A stretch of 41,340 nucleotides of DNA. Origin: an uncultured Bacilli bacterium. Its GTDB lineage: Bacteria > Bacillota_I > Bacilli_A > RF39 > UBA660. The notes beneath the pieces are model-generated. The model had not been told where the DNA came from. It searched no databases and worked only from the letters and a program-made list of their open reading frames with translations. Shown piece by piece: positions 1 to 10,628 of this stretch. Position 1 is the first letter of the stretch, and each line of letters starts with the position of its first letter. The translations under genes were made by a program, and so were the position numbers. Location: NCBI GenBank assembly GCA_947628325.1, contig CANQZL010000001.1:1-41340 (forward strand), given 5' to 3'.

Positions 1-296
1 TCAAGATTAATTCGACGAGGATGTGCATTAATTCTTTGAATTTCTTTTAATATATCTTTTCTTGTATGAAGAAAAAGATCATTAGAATTTAAACTATCAT
101 ACCAACCTTGAATTTGAAGATAATTATCAGCATATAAATTTAAAGTATTAGTAGAAGCATCATAATTAACAACTTTTATATCTGTATTAGGATTTTTCAT
201 CTTAATAATTGTTAAGCATTTATCAATATCTTTTTCTAAAATCCCTACTATACTTGTTATTTTTAAATTATTTAATTCATCATTTAAATTTCCCAT
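1..296 (-). CDS. hypothetical protein (N-terminal 98 codons; 3' end outside window)
   Basis: Hand translation of the minus strand from ATG at 296 (MGNLNDELNNLKITSIVGILEKDIDK...) is stop-free to position 1. It lies about 60 nt downstream of dxs on the same strand. It is absent from the ORF track because it has no stop in the window. Confidence 0.45.
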   Translation of the reverse strand, partial: MGNLNDELNNLKITSIVGILEKDIDKCLTIIKMKNPNTDIKVVNYDASTNTLNLYADNYLQIQGWYDSLNSNDLFLHTRKDILKEIQRINAHPRRINL

Positions 297-357
297 AAAC
301 CCAGCCCTTTTATAAAAATTTAAATTATTATACATCAAATCAAAATAAAATAAAAGT

Positions 358-2202
358 TTATTTATTTAATAATATATCTATTTCTTTTTTTATAGATTCA
401 TTATCTAAATGTTCTTGTTTATATAGTTCTTCTATTGTACCTTGTTCAATAAATTTATTATTAAAACCTAATATTTTAATATTTCCTTTATAGTTTAAAT
501 TATTTAAAGCAAGTAATATATTATGACCTAATCCTCCATTAATTAAATTATCTTCAATAGTTAATATATTTTCATTTTTATTTACTATATCATTTAATAT
601 TTCTATATCTAAAGGTTTAATAAAGAGAGCATTAATTAAAGAAATATTTAGTTTATATTGTTGAATAATTTGATAGGCTTTTTGCACCATTTTACCAGTA
701 GCTATAATAGTTAACTTATTTCCCTTACAAAGATATTCCCATTTACCAAGGCTTATTTTTTTTAATGGTTCTAAGCTTATATAGTCTCCTCCACGAGGAT
801 ATCTAATGGCAATAGGAAATTTTTGCTTAACACTCCACTTTAAAAGAGTCTCTAATTCTTTAATACATTTAGGTGAAACAATTGTCATATTAGGAATAAT
901 AGATAAATAAGATAAATCAAGTATTCCTTGATGAGTTTCTCCATCAGAGCCAACTAATCCAGCTCGATCTATAGCAAATATAACAGGTGAATTTTGCATA
1001 CATACATCATGAACTAATTGATCAAAACCTCTTTGTAAAAAGGTTGAATATACAGCAAAAACAGGTTTTAATCCCGAAACAGACATCCCAGCTGCTAATG
1101 TAACAGCATGTTCTTCTGCTATACCAACATCAAAATAACGATTAGGATATTTGTTTGCAAATTCTTTTAAACCAACACCTTCACGCATGGCCGCTGTAAG
1201 TGCTACAACATTTTTATTAGTATCAGCTATTTTAACTAAAGCTTTACCTAGTTCTTTAGAATAACTATTACTATTACTAGATTTAATACCTACTTCTTTA
1301 TCAAAAGCACTAACCCCATGATATAATTCTGGAGTTTCTTCAGCAAACTTGTAGCCTTTTCCTTTCTTAGTAACTACATGTATAATAACAGGATCATTTA
1401 ACTTTTTAGCTCTTCTTAATACCTTTTCTATTTCTGCAATATTATGTCCATCAATAGGACCTATATAAGTTAATCCCATATCTTCAAAATATTTAGATGG
1501 AACTAAAGTCTTTCTAATACCATCTTTTAGACGAGATAGTACTTTAAAAGAAACATCGCCAAATTTTGTATCATCTAAACAATACTTTATCTTATTTTTA
1601 AGTTTAATATATTTTTCATTTAAACTAAGTCTACTTAAGTAACTGGAAATTCCTCCAACATTACTAGAAATACTCATTCCATTATCATTAAGAATAATAA
1701 TCAATTTTGTTTTTTTAAAACCTAAGTCATTTATTGCTTCTAATGACATTCCTCCAGATATAGAGCCATCTCCAACAACTGCTACTATATTGTAATCTTC
1801 ATTATGAAGATCTCTTGCTCTTGCCATACCAACAGCAGCACTAATAGAAGTACTACTATGACCTGTTTCAAAATAATCATATGGACTTTCTTTTTTATAA
1901 GGAAAACCTCTTAATCCTTTATATTTTCTTAATTTATCAAATTTATCTTTACGACCTGTTAGTATCTTATATACATAACTTTGATGACCCACGTCAAAAA
2001 TAATTTTATCGTATTCAAAATTAAAGACATCACAAAGACTAATAGTAAGTTCTACAACCCCTAAATTAGATGCTAAATGCCCACCATTTTTAGATACTTT
2101 TTCTACTAAAAATTCTCTAATTTCATTAGCTAATTCTTTTTTTTCATATAAATTTAACTCTTTAACATCATTAATATTGTTTATTCTGTCTAGTTGTTTC
2201 AT
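358..2202 (-). CDS. dxs: 1-deoxy-D-xylulose-5-phosphate synthase
   Basis: 614 aa. Motifs GGHLASNLGVVELT, DVGHQSY and the ThDP-binding GDGSISGG...NDNGMSIS, plus a transketolase-like C-terminal half. GGAGG RBS upstream of ATG 2202. Confidence 0.95.
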   Translation of the reverse strand: MKQLDRINNINDVKELNLYEKKELANEIREFLVEKVSKNGGHLASNLGVVELTISLCDVFNFEYDKIIFDVGHQSYVYKILTGRKDKFDKLRKYKGLRGFPYKKESPYDYFETGHSSTSISAAVGMARARDLHNEDYNIVAVVGDGSISGGMSLEAINDLGFKKTKLIIILNDNGMSISSNVGGISSYLSRLSLNEKYIKLKNKIKYCLDDTKFGDVSFKVLSRLKDGIRKTLVPSKYFEDMGLTYIGPIDGHNIAEIEKVLRRAKKLNDPVIIHVVTKKGKGYKFAEETPELYHGVSAFDKEVGIKSSNSNSYSKELGKALVKIADTNKNVVALTAAMREGVGLKEFANKYPNRYFDVGIAEEHAVTLAAGMSVSGLKPVFAVYSTFLQRGFDQLVHDVCMQNSPVIFAIDRAGLVGSDGETHQGILDLSYLSIIPNMTIVSPKCIKELETLLKWSVKQKFPIAIRYPRGGDYISLEPLKKISLGKWEYLCKGNKLTIIATGKMVQKAYQIIQQYKLNISLINALFIKPLDIEILNDIVNKNENILTIEDNLINGGLGHNILLALNNLNYKGNIKILGFNNKFIEQGTIEELYKQEHLDNESIKKEIDILLNK

Positions 2203-2323
2203 AACTACCTCCAGAAACTATTTATAATTATCTTTTTGTTCAGTTATTTAATTTAACATAAATATCCCTTAAACAACATAAAGATTATAACATCTTTACA
2301 AAAAAGTGTATATATAATTATAA

Positions 2324-2353
2324 ATCCAAAAGAAAAAGATTATTCTCATAATC

Positions 2354-2355
<2 letters not shown>
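2324..2355 (-). terminator. rho-independent terminator of purA
   Basis: 8-bp stem AAGATTAT/ATAATCTT (2336-2343 / 2348-2355) with a 4-nt loop, followed on the minus strand by TTTCTTTT. The stem overlaps the purA stop codon. Confidence 0.6.
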
Positions 2356-3661
<1,306 letters not shown>

Positions 3662-3673
3662 TTATTACATTTA

Positions 3674-4621
3674 TTATTGTTCTTTTTTCCATCTTAGAAC
3701 AAGAGGATTCGTATCATCTAATTTTTTAATAACCATTTCTAGTATTTTTCCTAATAATACTGTGTCTTCATTAGTATTAGTATCATTTTGCAGCGTATAA
3801 TAAACTTCTCTTAAAATTCTTTCATAAAGAGGCTGTTTTAATTCCTGTTCATTTAAATATCTAATAAGTAATTTATAATTCTTTTCATTAAAGATATCAT
3901 TTAATGTATTATAGCCTAAACTAAATAACACATCTTTTTGAGCATTAATTACATCATATCCAGCAATATTTTTAATTTTTTCAAGATAAGTATTTAAGCC
4001 TTCAATTACTCCTAAGATACCTTCTGTTTGAGTACTTGTAAGCATTAAATTATCTTCTTTAATATCACCTTTATCACAAGCAACTTTAATAGCAGCCATA
4101 GGATTAGTTCCTTTAAAAAACTTTAAGTCAGCTTTAGTAATAGAATTATCTATGATAGCAAACCATTCTACTAGATAATCTGAATTATGTAAAAATAATT
4201 CTCTAAAAGCATTAATTTTATTTCTATTTATATCTATCGGAGTTAAATAAGTATTTTTTTGTTTCTTATAATCAAAAGTTCCATTTAAAAAAGTAATATT
4301 AGATAGTTCTATTTTAGAAGTTAAATTTCTTTCCAATATTTTCATATATGGAGTTAAAATTTCAGGATTTGGTAAATTAGTAGAAATATTTATGATAGTT
4401 TTTTGTGAATTAAATTTTCTTCTTAATGCTCCTAATTGCATCATCAATATCTTGGCTTTTTCATCATCTAATCCTTTTAAATTAGCAGCATCAATCATTA
4501 TAACAATAACTTTTTCTCTTTGTGAATAACCAAATATATCTGGTCCATAGTAGGCATCTTTTTTACGATTATTTAAAAATCTTTCTTTTCTAAAATTAGA
4601 ATTCCAAGTATTACTTATCAT
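3674..4621 (-). CDS. hypothetical protein, co-transcribed upstream of purA
   Basis: 315-aa ORF with a GGAGTG RBS and a 12-nt gap to purA. No motif recognised. Confidence 0.7.
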   Translation of the reverse strand: MISNTWNSNFRKERFLNNRKKDAYYGPDIFGYSQREKVIVIMIDAANLKGLDDEKAKILMMQLGALRRKFNSQKTIINISTNLPNPEILTPYMKILERNLTSKIELSNITFLNGTFDYKKQKNTYLTPIDINRNKINAFRELFLHNSDYLVEWFAIIDNSITKADLKFFKGTNPMAAIKVACDKGDIKEDNLMLTSTQTEGILGVIEGLNTYLEKIKNIAGYDVINAQKDVLFSLGYNTLNDIFNEKNYKLLIRYLNEQELKQPLYERILREVYYTLQNDTNTNEDTVLLGKILEMVIKKLDDTNPLVLRWKKEQ

Positions 4622-4646
4622 ACCATCACTCCATAAATTTATTTTT

Positions 4647-4674
4647 ATTATAAGTAAAAAAATATATTAGTCAA
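4647..4674 (-). promoter_or_regulatory. sigma-A type promoter for the 3674-4621/purA operon
   Basis: Minus strand reads TTGACT (plus 4669-4674), a 16-nt spacer, then TATAAT (plus 4647-4652). Confidence 0.55.
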
Positions 4675-4703
4675 TAAAAAATAATGCTAATTTTAAGCAT
4701 TAT
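4675..4703 (-). terminator. rho-independent terminator of the dehydrogenase gene
   Basis: Stem ATAATGCT/AGCATTAT (4681-4688 / 4696-4703) followed on the minus strand by a T-run (plus A-run 4675-4680). It overlaps the stop codon. Confidence 0.6.
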
Positions 4704-5725
4704 TTATTAGGATCTATTAATATTTTAATAGCTGCATCTACTCCAGAAGTTAATCTTTCATAGGCTTCTTGTACACCATCTAAAGAAACAATCTCATCAA
4801 CAAATCTTAACATATCTATTTTTCTTTCAGACATTAGTTTAATACATTGGGCAAATTCTTCTTTAGTATAAGCAATTGCTCCTAGAACTTTTAATTCACT
4901 CATTACTAATACAATAGAAGGTATTGTAATTGTATCCATTGATACTCCAACCATTACAACTGTTCCATTAGGTCTTGCCATTGTTAAGGCCGTTGATACT
5001 GCTGCAGAATTACCTGAGCAATCAAATACAACATCATAACCATAAGGACAATTTTTTCTGACCTCTTGAGTAAAATTTTCACTCTTTGCATCAAACCATT
5101 CATCAGCACATTTTAAAGAAACACTTTTTGCACCACGTTCTTTATTAGTTTCACTAACTGCTACATAAGAAGCCCCATTCATTTTAGCAAACATTGCACA
5201 AATATCACCTATAATACCAGCACCTATTACTAAAACTTTATCTCCTATTTTTATATTAGCAAGATTAACAGCATGTAATCCTACTGCGGTAGGTTCCACC
5301 ATTGCAACTTCAGAATCTGTAATATTACTAGGTACTTTAAAAACTAAATCACTTCTTAAAGCAGTTTTTTCAGCATATGCACCAGGATTAGTTAAAGAAA
5401 GACCAACAGCTTTATTCCATGTTTCTGGACAATATTGTGGATTACCACTTAAACAAGCTGGGCAATGCCCACAAGGTGAAATAGGTAATGCCGTTACTCG
5501 ATCTCCAACTTTTAAATCTTTTCTATTACCAGGGTTAGTAACAACACCACAAAACTCATGTCCCATAACAAGACCTTTTGGATTACCTAAGTCCCAATAG
5601 TGAATATCTGAACCACAAATACCTGTTTTTTTAACATCTATTAAAACTGAACCATCTTTTGCATTAGGTTCTTCCATTTTTGATACTTCAAATTTTTTTA
5701 CATCTTTTAGAACAACACATTTCAC
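4700..5725 (-). CDS. zinc-dependent alcohol/polyol dehydrogenase (MDR family)
   Basis: Motifs GICGSDIHYW, GHEFCGVV, the structural-Zn Cys cluster CGHCPACLSG...C, and the Rossmann motif VIGAGIIG. GTG start with an AGGAG RBS 8 nt upstream. Confidence 0.85.
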   Translation of the reverse strand: MKCVVLKDVKKFEVSKMEEPNAKDGSVLIDVKKTGICGSDIHYWDLGNPKGLVMGHEFCGVVTNPGNRKDLKVGDRVTALPISPCGHCPACLSGNPQYCPETWNKAVGLSLTNPGAYAEKTALRSDLVFKVPSNITDSEVAMVEPTAVGLHAVNLANIKIGDKVLVIGAGIIGDICAMFAKMNGASYVAVSETNKERGAKSVSLKCADEWFDAKSENFTQEVRKNCPYGYDVVFDCSGNSAAVSTALTMARPNGTVVMVGVSMDTITIPSIVLVMSELKVLGAIAYTKEEFAQCIKLMSERKIDMLRFVDEIVSLDGVQEAYERLTSGVDAAIKILIDPNK

Positions 5726-5785
5726 AAAACCAACTCCTATTCTAAAAACATTATAGCATTATCTTTAATTTAGCTTAACAAAATA

Positions 5786-5814
5786 TTTATATTTTACAAA
5801 AAAAAGTGTATAAT
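5786..5814 (+). promoter_or_regulatory. putative promoter of tRNA-Thr
   Basis: TTTATA (5786-5791), a 17-nt spacer, then TATAAT (5809-5814), 8 nt before the tRNA 5' end. Confidence 0.4.
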
Positions 5815-5822
5815 TAGCTTAT

Positions 5823-5897
5823 GCCGACTTAGCACAGTGGTAGTGCAACGCCCTCGTAACGCGTAGGTCGCAAGTTCGAATCCTGCAGTCGGCACCA
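5823..5897 (+). tRNA. tRNA-Thr (anticodon CGT)
   Basis: Hand-folded cloverleaf: acceptor GCCGACT/AGTCGGC, D arm GCAC-AGTGGTA-GTGC, anticodon loop CTCGTAA, T loop TTCGAAT, encoded CCA end. There is one mismatch each in the anticodon and T stems. Confidence 0.85.
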
Positions 5898-6062
5898 GAT
5901 TGATAGAAAACTCGGAAAATTCGAGTGAAAATAAAATACATAGAAAACGTCTCGATAAAAGTACGTTTTAATGTTATGATGAATATGTCAAGGAAACTTG
6001 CATAAAATAAAAAAGGAATACCTAATTTTATAGAGTTAGGTACTATTTCAAAATTTAGGTCT

Positions 6063-6096
6063 AGTACCGACTTATATAGTTGGTACTGTTTTTATT
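6063..6096 (+). terminator. rho-independent terminator in the tRNA-Thr downstream spacer
   Basis: 9-bp stem AGTACCGAC/GTTGGTACT (one G-U pair), 7-nt loop, then GTTTTTATT. Confidence 0.5.
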
Positions 6097-6431
6097 AATA
6101 TTTACCTTATCCTACTTTAAAAAGTGAAGGAGAATACTATCTAAACTAACTAAGTATTCTTAAAATGGTTATATCAAACGAATACTCTTATACAATACTT
6201 TTATACTGAATTTTGATAATTAAGAAAACACACTTGCATATTGATAAGTTAATATTTGAAAGGAATAATTAGAAAAAAGAAATTGTATGTCTTCTAGCAC
6301 CATCCTAATTAAAATATTCATCAAGATTTGAATATATTTCATAAACATACATAAACAAATAAAGGGAAAATAATATAGTAAAAATATTGCTTTTATAAAA
6401 ATATTACCCTTTTTATTTTTTTGATGAAAAC

Positions 6432-6460
6432 TTGTCAAAAATTAATTTATGTGCTAATAT
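6432..6460 (+). promoter_or_regulatory. sigma-A promoter (extended -10) for ORF 6515-7345
   Basis: TTGTCA (6432-6437), a 17-nt spacer, then TAATAT (6455-6460) with TG at -15/-14. Confidence 0.55.
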
Positions 6461-6514
6461 ACTTTCGCTACAGAGAACTTTCAAAATATATTTAAAATAA
6501 AAGGGGATGAAAAA

Positions 6515-7345
6515 ATGGCTAAAGATAAAATTTACTCTTTAAATGATATTTATATAGGAGAAATTCGTTATCCTATTTCTAGCATTGCTTTACCTATTGA
6601 TAAGAGTAAAATACTAGCAAATGGAGCATTAAAAATAACTTCTAAACATGATAATGTACCATTAAACATTGATGAAGAATCTTTTGTTATATTGTCTATT
6701 TTTTATTGTTATAATAGAAACTTTATTTGTTTACATGATGGACAAGTATATTCTTCAAAAAAAGATAATAATGCTCCAAGATTAGAAAACATTATCCCTA
6801 TAACAGAGTTTTTACCTAAATTAAGAGGATTTATTCCTAAACGAGTAACATTAAGTTCTCTTTTATCAATATTTAATAATCTTTTTAAACCTGATTATTT
6901 ATCTAATAATAGAGTCGCTAAAATGAATAGTGATATAAAATATAAAAAATCTGATTTTTTTACTGGAATTCTTACCCTTTTTACAGGAGAATTATTTGAA
7001 AATGAACCTAAAAATTATAAATTATATAATCTACCCAATAGAATAATATTAGATAATAATTCAAAATTTTTAGAAGAAATAAGTATTCCTATGTCCTTAG
7101 ATGAAATAATTGGTGATTATGAATACCGAAGATATAAATGTCTATTCTTAAGTCCTAATGGAAGAATATATTATTGCTTAAATGATTTTAATTTTTATGA
7201 TGGACTAAGAGAATCTCAAGATTATGCTGGATTAAGACCTAAAGTATCTTTCGTTGAAGACATTGAACCACTATGTAAAAAAGATTTATCTAAAGAAATA
7301 ACAATAAGACAAGCTTTAAATCTTAGCAAAAGATTAAATAAATAA
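6515..7345 (+). CDS. hypothetical protein
   Basis: 276-aa ORF with an AAGGGGA RBS, its own promoter and its own terminator. No recognisable motif. Confidence 0.7.
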   Translation: MAKDKIYSLNDIYIGEIRYPISSIALPIDKSKILANGALKITSKHDNVPLNIDEESFVILSIFYCYNRNFICLHDGQVYSSKKDNNAPRLENIIPITEFLPKLRGFIPKRVTLSSLLSIFNNLFKPDYLSNNRVAKMNSDIKYKKSDFFTGILTLFTGELFENEPKNYKLYNLPNRIILDNNSKFLEEISIPMSLDEIIGDYEYRRYKCLFLSPNGRIYYCLNDFNFYDGLRESQDYAGLRPKVSFVEDIEPLCKKDLSKEITIRQALNLSKRLNK

Positions 7346-7347
7346 CA

Positions 7348-7375
7348 AAAATCTCAAGAAATTGAGATTTTTTTA
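7348..7375. terminator. bidirectional rho-independent terminator (ORF 6515-7345 and deoD)
   Basis: Stem ATCTCAA/TTGAGAT (7351-7357 / 7362-7368) with loop GAAA. An A-run lies 5' and a T-run 3', so it can work on both strands. Confidence 0.7.
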
Positions 7376-7439
7376 AAGGAAATAAACTAATTTAACAAAA
7401 TAATATAAGTAGAGAGAAAGAATAGATAATTAATATAAA

Positions 7440-8150
7440 CTATAACTTGATACAACTTTCTAAAGCCAGTTTAATCATATCATCTAACCCTTTTTCTCTC
7501 TGTTCACTAGATATTTCAGTTTTAGTTACAAAACTATCTGATATTGTCAAAATACATGCCGCCTTTTTATTTAATAATTTAGCATTTTGAAATAAAGCAA
7601 AAGTTTCCATTTCAACAGCTAAACAATTATATTGTTTAACAAGTTCTGGATAATTGTTATCTTCTTTATAAAAAGCATCACTACAATGAACTCTACCAGT
7701 TTTATAATTATTACCTAATTCTATTGCCGTCTTTTTAATAGTATCAAATAATTCTTTAGAAGCACTAGCAATATTATCTGAATTGTTAGATTGTTCTTTA
7801 GCATATGAAGATTCTGAATAACAATCTTCTACTAGCAATAAATCCATGACATTAATAGTATCACTATAAGCACCAGCTGTTCCAATACGAATTATGTAAT
7901 CAACATCATAAAATTTAAATAATTCATAAGAATAAATTCCCATACTAGGCATTCCCATTCCTGATGCAAAAACCGTTATCTCCTTATCTTTATAAGTACC
8001 TGTAAAGGCTAAAATATTTCTTACACCATTAACATGTTTAACATTTTCCAAATAATTATCAGCAATGTATTTGGCTCTTAGTGGATCTCCTGGCATTAAA
8101 ACTACTTTAGCAATATCTTCTTTTTTACTTTCAATATGTGGCGTAGCCAT
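7440..8150 (-). CDS. deoD: purine nucleoside phosphorylase, DeoD type
   Basis: 236 aa. Motifs MATPHIESKKEDIAKVVLMPGDPLRAKYIA, GMGMPSMGIYSYEL and AVEMET. GGAGTG RBS. Confidence 0.93.
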   Translation of the reverse strand: MATPHIESKKEDIAKVVLMPGDPLRAKYIADNYLENVKHVNGVRNILAFTGTYKDKEITVFASGMGMPSMGIYSYELFKFYDVDYIIRIGTAGAYSDTINVMDLLLVEDCYSESSYAKEQSNNSDNIASASKELFDTIKKTAIELGNNYKTGRVHCSDAFYKEDNNYPELVKQYNCLAVEMETFALFQNAKLLNKKAACILTISDSFVTKTEISSEQREKGLDDMIKLALESCIKL

Positions 8151-8296
8151 ATCATCACTCCATTCTAAATTAATTATATCATATTCTTATAAATAAAAAT
8201 TTATTTTTAAAAAAATATAAAAATTAAACAAATTGACTACCAAAATGATTAAATATTTGTTATAATTTTTTATATATAGACTAAGGAGCAGTTATT

Positions 8297-9580
8297 ATGG
8301 ATAAAAACTTATCAAATGAACAATTTTATATCGTATCCCTTGATAATGGCATCCGTAGGGAAGAGCCAGTTACTATTGAAGTATTCAATAGTTTTAAAGA
8401 TGGTTCAAAATTAGTTCAATTGAATCATACTGTTTTTGGTTTACTAAATACAAATAGTATTAATCCAGAAACTATGTATATAGATGATTATGCCGTAATA
8501 AAAGCTGATATAGCTGAATTATTTGATATTAATCACGAAGAAACTAAAAGGATTGTTACTGAAGATAGAAATATAGGTACATTTACAACTCTAAATTATA
8601 GTAAAAACATTGAAACCCGTATTTCTGGCACAGCAATTTTAAATAATGTAATTAAAGCTATTAATGAAGGACATATCACAGGAGATAAAGCAGTATGGGT
8701 TGATAGAGTTTTGCAATCTCCATCAGGTATCAATGGTAATCGTATTAAAGATGCTAGTCAAATTGCCGATATAATTGACTTAGGTTTATATACATTAATA
8801 GAAATTATCGAACTACAAAGTGGAGTTAAATTAGATAAGCCTTATGAAGTAGCTCTTAAGAAAAACTATTTACGTATGATTTTATTTGATTTAATAATTG
8901 GTAAAAAATATCGTGGTTTTGATTACTTTTTAATAAGTAAAATGACCGAAGAAGGAAAACCAATGTGGACTGATGCTTACTTTGCTCCAATTTCAATATC
9001 TAATAATATTGATAAAGAAAACGTAGTAGCTGATAATGAATATGTTATAAATAATAAAATTATTGATAGAGATTCAATTTTATCTGTCTTATTTTCAAAA
9101 TATCATCATGAAATCAAAAAATTAACAGAAGCTATAAATGATGCTAAAAAATTATATTCTGATGCCATAAGTAGAATAATTTATAATAATACAGATATTC
9201 AAAAAGCTAATACACTAGAAACAATGGTTTTAAAAAATTTAGATAAAATTTCTAAAATGGAAAAAGAGTATGAAGCAAAACTAGATAAAGATAAGAAAAC
9301 AAATAAAGTTGAAAAAACGATGGCTACACAAAGTTTAAATGTTAGAGTTACTGCAAAATTAGATTTAATTCAAAAAAAATATCCTATTAATCCTAAAGAT
9401 CATAAAGATCTAATTGATTCCAATAAAAAGGGTGCTAAAAAAGAAGATATAAAACTGATTGTCGAAGATGATAAAGCCAATAAAGGATTTATTGGAATTG
9501 CAGTATTAATTGCTATAGTAACATTTATATGTGGCATAGGAATAGGCGTTGCCTTTGTTTTAACACATCTTGGGAACTAA
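8297..9580 (+). CDS. hypothetical C-terminally membrane-anchored protein
   Basis: 427 aa with an AAGGAG RBS, a central coiled-coil and Lys-rich part, and a C-terminal TM helix (FIGIAVLIAIVTFICGIGIGVAFVL). The mid-region NYLRMILFDLIIGKKYRGFDYFLIS...YFAPISIS loosely recalls the HipA_C core but lacks the catalytic residues (speculative). Confidence 0.7.
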   Translation: MDKNLSNEQFYIVSLDNGIRREEPVTIEVFNSFKDGSKLVQLNHTVFGLLNTNSINPETMYIDDYAVIKADIAELFDINHEETKRIVTEDRNIGTFTTLNYSKNIETRISGTAILNNVIKAINEGHITGDKAVWVDRVLQSPSGINGNRIKDASQIADIIDLGLYTLIEIIELQSGVKLDKPYEVALKKNYLRMILFDLIIGKKYRGFDYFLISKMTEEGKPMWTDAYFAPISISNNIDKENVVADNEYVINNKIIDRDSILSVLFSKYHHEIKKLTEAINDAKKLYSDAISRIIYNNTDIQKANTLETMVLKNLDKISKMEKEYEAKLDKDKKTNKVEKTMATQSLNVRVTAKLDLIQKKYPINPKDHKDLIDSNKKGAKKEDIKLIVEDDKANKGFIGIAVLIAIVTFICGIGIGVAFVLTHLGN

Positions 9581-9633
9581 TAAATAGTTTCCTTTTTATT
9601 GCAATAAAAATTAATTCATTATAAAATATATCT

Positions 9634-10158
9634 ATGCAAAGGGTGGTTTGCGTGTTGAATAAAAAAATAAATATCATAGAAAAAATCACACTCATAATTA
9701 TAATTATTATACTTGTTATTTCAAATATTTATTTTATATATAAAAGTTATCAAACAAGTAAACAATCAATAATAAATGAGGAAAATATTTATGAAAAAAT
9801 AGATGATAAATATGATAAAAATAAAAAATATTATAAAACAATAAATTATAAAACTTTTATACATTATTTTGAAGGCTCAAATCTTAAGACAATTGCCGTA
9901 ATTGATAATTCATCCAATACTTATGAAAAATTTCTTGAAACAATTAATAAAATTTCTTTTTATAAAAGAACAAATATTTATTTATTAGAAACTAGTAAAT
10001 TAAGTAAGAAAAATGAAATATCATTTTACGAAATAGATGAGAGATTATCAACATTAAAAAGTGATTATCTAATTACAGTTAAAGAAGAAAAAATTTTATC
10101 ATTAACATCATTCGATAATATTAACTTAAATTTAATTGAAGAAGGAATAGGTGAATAA
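9634..10158 (+). CDS. hypothetical N-terminally anchored protein
   Basis: ORF with one N-terminal TM helix. The GTG at 9652 has the better RBS (AAGGGTGG), so the true start may be 9652. Confidence 0.65.
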   Translation: MQRVVCVLNKKINIIEKITLIIIIIILVISNIYFIYKSYQTSKQSIINEENIYEKIDDKYDKNKKYYKTINYKTFIHYFEGSNLKTIAVIDNSSNTYEKFLETINKISFYKRTNIYLLETSKLSKKNEISFYEIDERLSTLKSDYLITVKEEKILSLTSFDNINLNLIEEGIGE

Positions 10159-10160
10159 AA

Positions 10161-10610
10161 ATGGGGAAAGTATATGATCAAGTATGTATGTTTAAAGCTA
10201 AATATCCTGGGACTATTACTTGGTGGCGTTTAAGAAAACATGCTAAAGTAGTAGAAGATCATTTAAATCCAGGAGAAGAACCTATCTATACTTTTGCTGG
10301 TCAAAAAAATGATGACATGCTAGATATTTTTTCGACTTCTGTTTTTTGCCTTACTAATAAAAGAATTCTAATTGGACAAGATCATATATTATATGGTTAT
10401 TCATTAAATACAATTACTCCAGACTTATTTAATGATATGCAAGTATTTAGAGGTCTAATATTTGGTAAAATTACAATAGATACAGTAAAAGAAACTGTTG
10501 TAATAACCAATCTAGATAAAAAATGTCTTACAGAAGTTGAAACAGCCATTTCTAGTTTTATGATGGAAGAGAAGAAAAAATATGGTTATAAAAATATAAA
10601 ACCAGAATAA
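10161..10610 (+). CDS. bacterial PH-domain (YokE-like) protein
   Basis: 149 aa. The pattern ...LTNKRILIGQ...GYSLNTITPDLFNDMQVFRGLIFGKITIDT..VVITNLDK.. matches the bPH fold signature by eye. Confidence 0.5.
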   Translation: MGKVYDQVCMFKAKYPGTITWWRLRKHAKVVEDHLNPGEEPIYTFAGQKNDDMLDIFSTSVFCLTNKRILIGQDHILYGYSLNTITPDLFNDMQVFRGLIFGKITIDTVKETVVITNLDKKCLTEVETAISSFMMEEKKKYGYKNIKPE

Positions 10611-10628
10611 TAAAATAAGAGGTAGTAT

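Noticed and set aside
6220-6438. 72-aa minus-strand ORF in the tRNA-Thr/6515 spacer.
   Set aside because: It has no RBS and a low-complexity hydrophobic translation, and its start region overlaps the predicted promoter of ORF 6515-7345. It is probably a chance ORF.
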